NCBI RefSeq assembly: GCF_018350175.1
Contig: NC_058369.1
Span: 20,028,001-20,092,000 of the forward strand
DNA length: 64,000 nucleotides
Direction of reading: 5' to 3'
Source: Felis catus
Taxonomy: Eukaryota
Shown here: positions 63,273-64,000 of the stretch, in pieces
Numbering within the stretch: position 1 is the stretch's first letter
How the letters are laid out: every line of letters begins with the position of its first letter
Translations under genes and position numbers: made by a program
Notes under the pieces: generated by a model
What the model was told of the DNA's origin: nothing
Databases searched by the model: none
The model's input: only the letters and a program-made list of their open reading frames with translations

Positions 63273-64000
63273 AAGTTAAGGAGGTGGTGAGGAAGAGGCA
63301 AATGCTACTGTGTGCTCTGGTGCATGAGTGAATGAGAAGAGTATTCTGAACTCTGTTGAACAGAGCCTGCACACCTGCTCCGGTGCTTCTGGTGCTCTGG
63401 ATACTTGGGAATCGCATGTAGAAAACCAAAAACCTCTCGCCTCTCTGTCCTATCCCTTGAGTAAAATCCCTGGACATGTAGTAGTTGAAGTACTATGCTG
63501 GTTATCTCCTCTGTGAGGAGAGCAGACTGCTACAGAGGCATTACAGGCCTCTTTTCAATCATAATCCCTCGTGTCTCATAATTGAGGACAAACTACCAAC
63601 ATCAATAATCATGCTCTAAATATTAATTTGATTGGGTATAACATGATGCTTCTATAATCACAACTCTTTTGATTACTTAATAAATGTTTATATTTATAAT
63701 TTTTCCTTACAAAATACCCTAGTGATTGGTTAAAATATGCTGATGACACCACATCCACTTAGTTTTAGATGATTTAAGTAACCCCTTGGCATTTAGGAAA
63801 GGGAGACATTTGAAAGATCAGTTAGGAAGTGATTACACTGGTCCAGAAGAGAGATGATAATGGTTAAACCAAGACCATGAAGAAGAGATATCAATGAGGT
63901 AATACACATTGTCAATGTGAAAGTGGATGACAAAGCAGTATCTCCACTGTACTGCCAAAAACCATTAATATTTTATTGGAGAAATGCTGGAGTTACACCA

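Overview
This is mammalian genomic DNA from a carnivore, most likely a felid, judged from CanSINE/SINEC_Fc-type SINEs and L1_Fc-type LINEs. It lies inside the DOCK3 gene on the + strand. Three DOCK3 coding exons (44625-44706, 49645-49705, 50992-51139) splice in frame; none appears in the ORF track. The rest is intron, dense in nested L1s (including one decayed full-length L1), SINEs, MaLR/ERV LTRs and older L2/MIR/hAT relics, plus an RPL39 processed pseudogene with a 16-bp target-site duplication (TSD). Almost all listed ORFs are L1 or SINE debris. The main unexpected result is on the - strand: at least 8 exon-like segments between about 35609 and 13709, with splice signals and mostly compatible phases. 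Spliced together they give a decayed type II membrane protein with motifs resembling glycosyltransferase family 61 (EOGT/POMGNT2/DUF563-like). This suggests a fossil (unitary pseudogene) gene nested antisense in a DOCK3 intron. The family call is my inference from remembered motifs and needs an HMM search. Two pairs of neighbouring L1s also share private mutations or long identical tracts, consistent with gene conversion (or assembly artefact).
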